Of a DNA stretch of 64,000 nt, positions 60,099-64,000 are shown one piece after another. How positions within the stretch are numbered: position 1 is the stretch's first letter; every line of letters starts with the position of its first letter. Location of the stretch: NCBI RefSeq assembly GCF_009914755.1, contig NC_060928.1; one strand, 5' to 3'. The notes under the pieces are model-generated. The model saw only the letters and a program-made list of their open reading frames with translations, did no database searches and was not told the DNA's origin. A program made the translations under genes and the position numbers. Origin of the DNA: the human T2T-CHM13v2.0 reference genome, Homo sapiens.

Positions 60099-63000
60099 CC
60101 AAAGAGGCAAGTTATTTTAGTGATTTTAAATTTTCTTTATTATAGTCTTCTATATTTTTCCATATTTCTATAATGAGCATAGTGTTGTAGTTAGCAATAG
60201 ATGGAAACTTTATCAGAAAAAGAAGAAAATCATCACAACCATCAACAAACTTACCTGGGTAATTTCTGTCCTGTTCTCTTACGAAAGTTGCAAAAATAAA
60301 AAAGACAATTTCTTGCTCATTTAGAATGTACACTGTGCTTTATAATACATATGGCCACTACCAATTTCTTGCAAGTGTTTTTTTTAGACTCTGGGAATAT
60401 AGTGGATGGGTTGAGAGAAAAGGTACCATTTGTTAAAGAGAAAACAGTATTAGACTAGAAATTGGGGTAGGATACAGTTCTTTATCTTTATCAATGATAT
60501 AGCCTTGAACAACTCCCTTAACATCATAGCATGTGTTTTGTTAACGTAAGACGGGCCCGATAAAGTATCTCCCATCTGCCAGACAGGATGACTGGAAAGA
60601 AGTATAAATATTTTGTAAGCTGTAAGGTGCTCTATCTATGTAAGTTGTTTTTGAGGCGATTATTCTTAGTAATAAATAAAATACTGCTTAGAAACTCAAC
60701 GTGGACAGTCTTGGTCTAGGGACCTACTTATTGTGCAATTGGCAAAGGGGCCCTTCTGAGATGATGCATAGGCAGACAGTTTAGATACAAATAACTAGAA
60801 ATGGTCAAACTGTAATATCTGTCCTTTCCCACCTTTTACATCTCAAAAAGCAGTTTTCATGTTTCATAGTAATAAGGGCTTTTACATCTATAAATTCCCT
60901 TTCAAACGCCTACATCTCTCAACAAATTTGCTACCACCGCAATTTATTTTTTAGGTGGTTTTATTCAGATGAAAATAGTTTATTTGAGCACTTTGGAGTT
61001 GCTGTTTGAGAATGCTATATGAGTATTAAATACTGTATTATATTTCTGATGCTCTTTAAAGATTTTCTTTTCTGTCTGCAATTTAATTTTGTTTTTAGAG
61101 GTTTTTTCTCCTCCTCTTCTCATATTGATTTTATTTTTGGCGCTATTAAAAAGTGCTCAATGAACAACCTTTTTGGAATGAATGTAAATAAGTCTGTATC
61201 TCTATGTATATGAATATTTTTAAGTGCATTAACTTTTAGTATAAGACTTATGTAATGATTAATTTGCTCCTCAAATTCTAATTCTTATTCAATCAATAAC
61301 CATTGTTCACAATTTTAAATACATTTTATTGATTTTTGAACATTTAGGTCATTAGTAGTAAGATCAATGTTAGCCATAATTCACCTTTAAATTTCCAATG
61401 TTCAGGTTATTAAAAATCATTTGCTTTTATTTCCAGCATAATTTATTTTTAATTGAAATTCTTCCTTGTGATAATTTTTCTTTTTAAAGCAACCATGTCT
61501 TCTTTATAACTGTCTGAGTGTCCAATTACATTTTCTTACTTATGAAGGTTTTTAATATCTAATCATATCTTATGTAATCAGTGGGCTATTGTGTAAAGTA
61601 ATAGTTCTTTTTCTCCCTTATTTATAGGGATTTTACTACACACTTCCTTCCTCCCTATTTTTTTCTTTCCTGAACACCTTTCACCTGGTATTGTGATAGT
61701 TCATTTACTTGTATGTATTGCTCACTAGATGGTAAACTCTGCGGGGAAAGGAATTTTTTTGCATGTCATGTTCGCTACATCATTCCTGCATTTAGCATAT
61801 GCCTAACAAATAGTAGTCTAGCAAGTATTTTAAATGGATTAATTAAGGAACTCTAAACTACAAGACACCAAGGAACAGATGTTCAGATAAATACATAAAG
61901 ATATAATCTACATGACAATGAAAAGGTTATGTTAAAAGTAAAACCCTGAAGTGCATTAGAATAAATATTTAAAAATACTATCCAGGACATATAACAGTTG
62001 CTATTTTTCTATTTAATGAGGTATATTTTGGATCCCAGTCAGCAAACAACTCTCTCTACCAAAAGTAGCTGACTATAGCCCAGCCTGTCTTTGCAGTTCA
62101 TGGCAGAAGAAGAGCAGAGAACACACAGGGCTCAGGTCCAGAGTTAGCTCAGAGAAAACAGAAAATCCAATCTCAGCACAGTAAACATGTAGGAATTCAG
62201 CATCTCATAGAGGTTACTGAAAGCAAAGAATCAAAAATAATAAATGGTTATAAATAGTCCATGCTCTCAGAGAACTTTGAGTGCATAAACAAAACCTATA
62301 AATCTTCAGCAAATGAAAATAAGGCTCTGGTTAATAAAACAAAACAAAACAGAAATGGCCTAGTGTAATTGTTAAGAAGAGGAGAAAAACATACCCCAAA
62401 GAATTCAGTATGTAGTTGGTGAATTCAGAGCAAACAAAAATGGAAAATTACACCTTCTCAGCCACACAAAAGAAAAGACTTCTAAGGATTTAAATTAAGA
62501 GTATCACAGTGAGGAGGAAGGAGGAGTTGATTATTGGGCAAAATATTTTGCCTCTATCAAGGCTTGAGCTCATGAGTAAAAGGTGTGCGAGGCCTCCTTC
62601 CATAGTGTGCATTCAGTCCTTCTCAAAGAATCCATTCATTTCCACATTAAATTCTCAAGTAAAGAAATCAATCAAACAAAAAAACTCCCACATGTGTTAT
62701 TATAGTTTCTACCTGGACTATGTGGACATGTCCTGTCTGTCTATAGCAGTTGCAATGCTATTGCCCAGAGTGGAAAAAAAGAAAAAGAAAAGGAGCTTCC
62801 CATAAGGTTTATTTCTACATGTTAAAAACTCTATTGCTAAAACCCTACCACACTAGCTTAGGAATCACATTTTTAGTAAATGTCACCAACATTTTAAAAA
62901 TTTGGGGCCATTTTTATCCTCTAAGAAATCTCGAAGAGATCCAGAATTCATGTATTTAAAATTTGTCTCATATAACAAATAAAAGAAAAATAAAGACAAT

Positions 63001-63124
63001 GAACAGCTTCACAGACAAAAAAAGAAAGATACTCCAGGTAAAGCCAAAACAATACAACTTTCTAAAAATAATATAGAAAAACAGCTTTATGACTTGAAAA
63101 TAACACTAGCCATTAGTTATTAGT

Positions 63125-63590
63125 ATTAGATTGCAAAAATAGCTACAAATGTCTCTCCTTCCTGAATCTATGCCCTTGGGCAGTCCACTTCCATATCTAT
63201 GCTGGGCTTGGCCCTGTGCCTGTCTTTGACCAATCACAAATTGCTGCAATCAAAGGCCTCGAAAGCACTAGGTCATTGAGGTTTGCCCTCTTTTGCTGCT
63301 CTCAGGACATCATCTTACCACTGCCATATGAAAAAGCACAGGTTAGTTTTCCTGGCTGCCAACCTGCCAACTATTAGATATTTATGAGACATCATCCTAG
63401 ATCATCCAGGCTCCAGCTGATGTAGCTCAGATATTAGCTGAGCCATCAAAAGCAGAACTGTAAATCATGAGCTGAATCAATGTTTGTTGTATTTAGTTCC
63501 TATATATGGGAAGGGTTTGTTATACAGCAAAAGCTAACTTTGTAGAAATTGGTACCTAGAAACGGGGTGCTATTATAACTAAACTTAAAA
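63125..63590 (+). mobile_element. MLT1G/H-like LTR plus the start of its internal sequence
   Basis: ttgcaaaaatagctacaaat ... gtttgttatacagcaa, then aattggtacctagaa. Confidence 0.6.
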
Positions 63591-63592
63591 CA

Positions 63593-64000
63593 CAGTCATG
63601 TATCACTTAATGATGGAGATACTTTCTGAGAAATAGGTCATTAGGTGACTTCCATTTTGTGCAAATATAAGAAAGTATACTTACACAAACCTAGATGGTA
63701 CACCCTAGTACACATCTAGGCTATATGGTATAAACTTTTGCTTCTAGACTGCAAACTTGTACTGCATGTAACTGTAACTGAACACTATAGGTAGTTGTCA
63801 CAAAATGGTAAGTATTTGTGTATTTATACGTATCTAAACATAGGAAAAGTACAATAAAAATGTGATATAAACAATAAAAAATGGTATCCTTGCACTTACC
63901 ATGAATGGGAATTGCTCTGGGTGAATCAACAAATGAATAGTGAGTGAATGTGAAGGCCTAGGACATTGCTGTACACTACTGTAGAATTTATAAGTAGGCT
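63593..64000 (+). mobile_element. Tigger3/MER7 (Golem) DNA transposon, runs off the window
   Basis: cagtcatgtatcacttaatgatggagatactttctgagaaat ... tacttacacaaacctagatggta. Confidence 0.85.

Overview
Primate (human-like) genomic DNA, AT-rich and dense in interspersed repeats. It holds the convergent 3' ends of two spliced genes that the ORF track misses. Minus strand: the last six coding exons of KCNIP4 (KChIP4, EF-hand Kv4 auxiliary subunit) at 32457-32526, 23301-23371, 8292-8399, 6345-6449, 5669-5731 and 3745-3792. All have GT-AG boundaries and splice into one continuous frame, ECPSG...FENVI*, followed by a 3' UTR to about 2280. Everything above 32527 is one large KCNIP4 intron. Plus strand: the terminal coding exon of PACRGL (967-1023, GSLSIIKSKIPTYCSICC*) with its 3' UTR, and a candidate distal terminal exon at 26205 inside KCNIP4. 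Repeats include a full-length but inactivated L1PA element (12281-18458, with TSD), a complete THE1 MaLR provirus (55053-57331), about 12 Alu/FLAM copies, solo LTRs, Tigger/MER DNA transposons, L2 and MIR. I see no convincing new biological system. The leads most worth checking are the PACRGL/KCNIP4 antisense overlap, an L1 antisense promoter/ORF0 aimed at the last four KCNIP4 exons, a 161-bp templated insertion with flanking repeats, a palindromic triplication inside L1 ORF2, and CpG-retaining patches with a CTCF-like motif. Gene and repeat names come from recognition, not from a database search, so subfamily labels and old-repeat boundaries are approximate.
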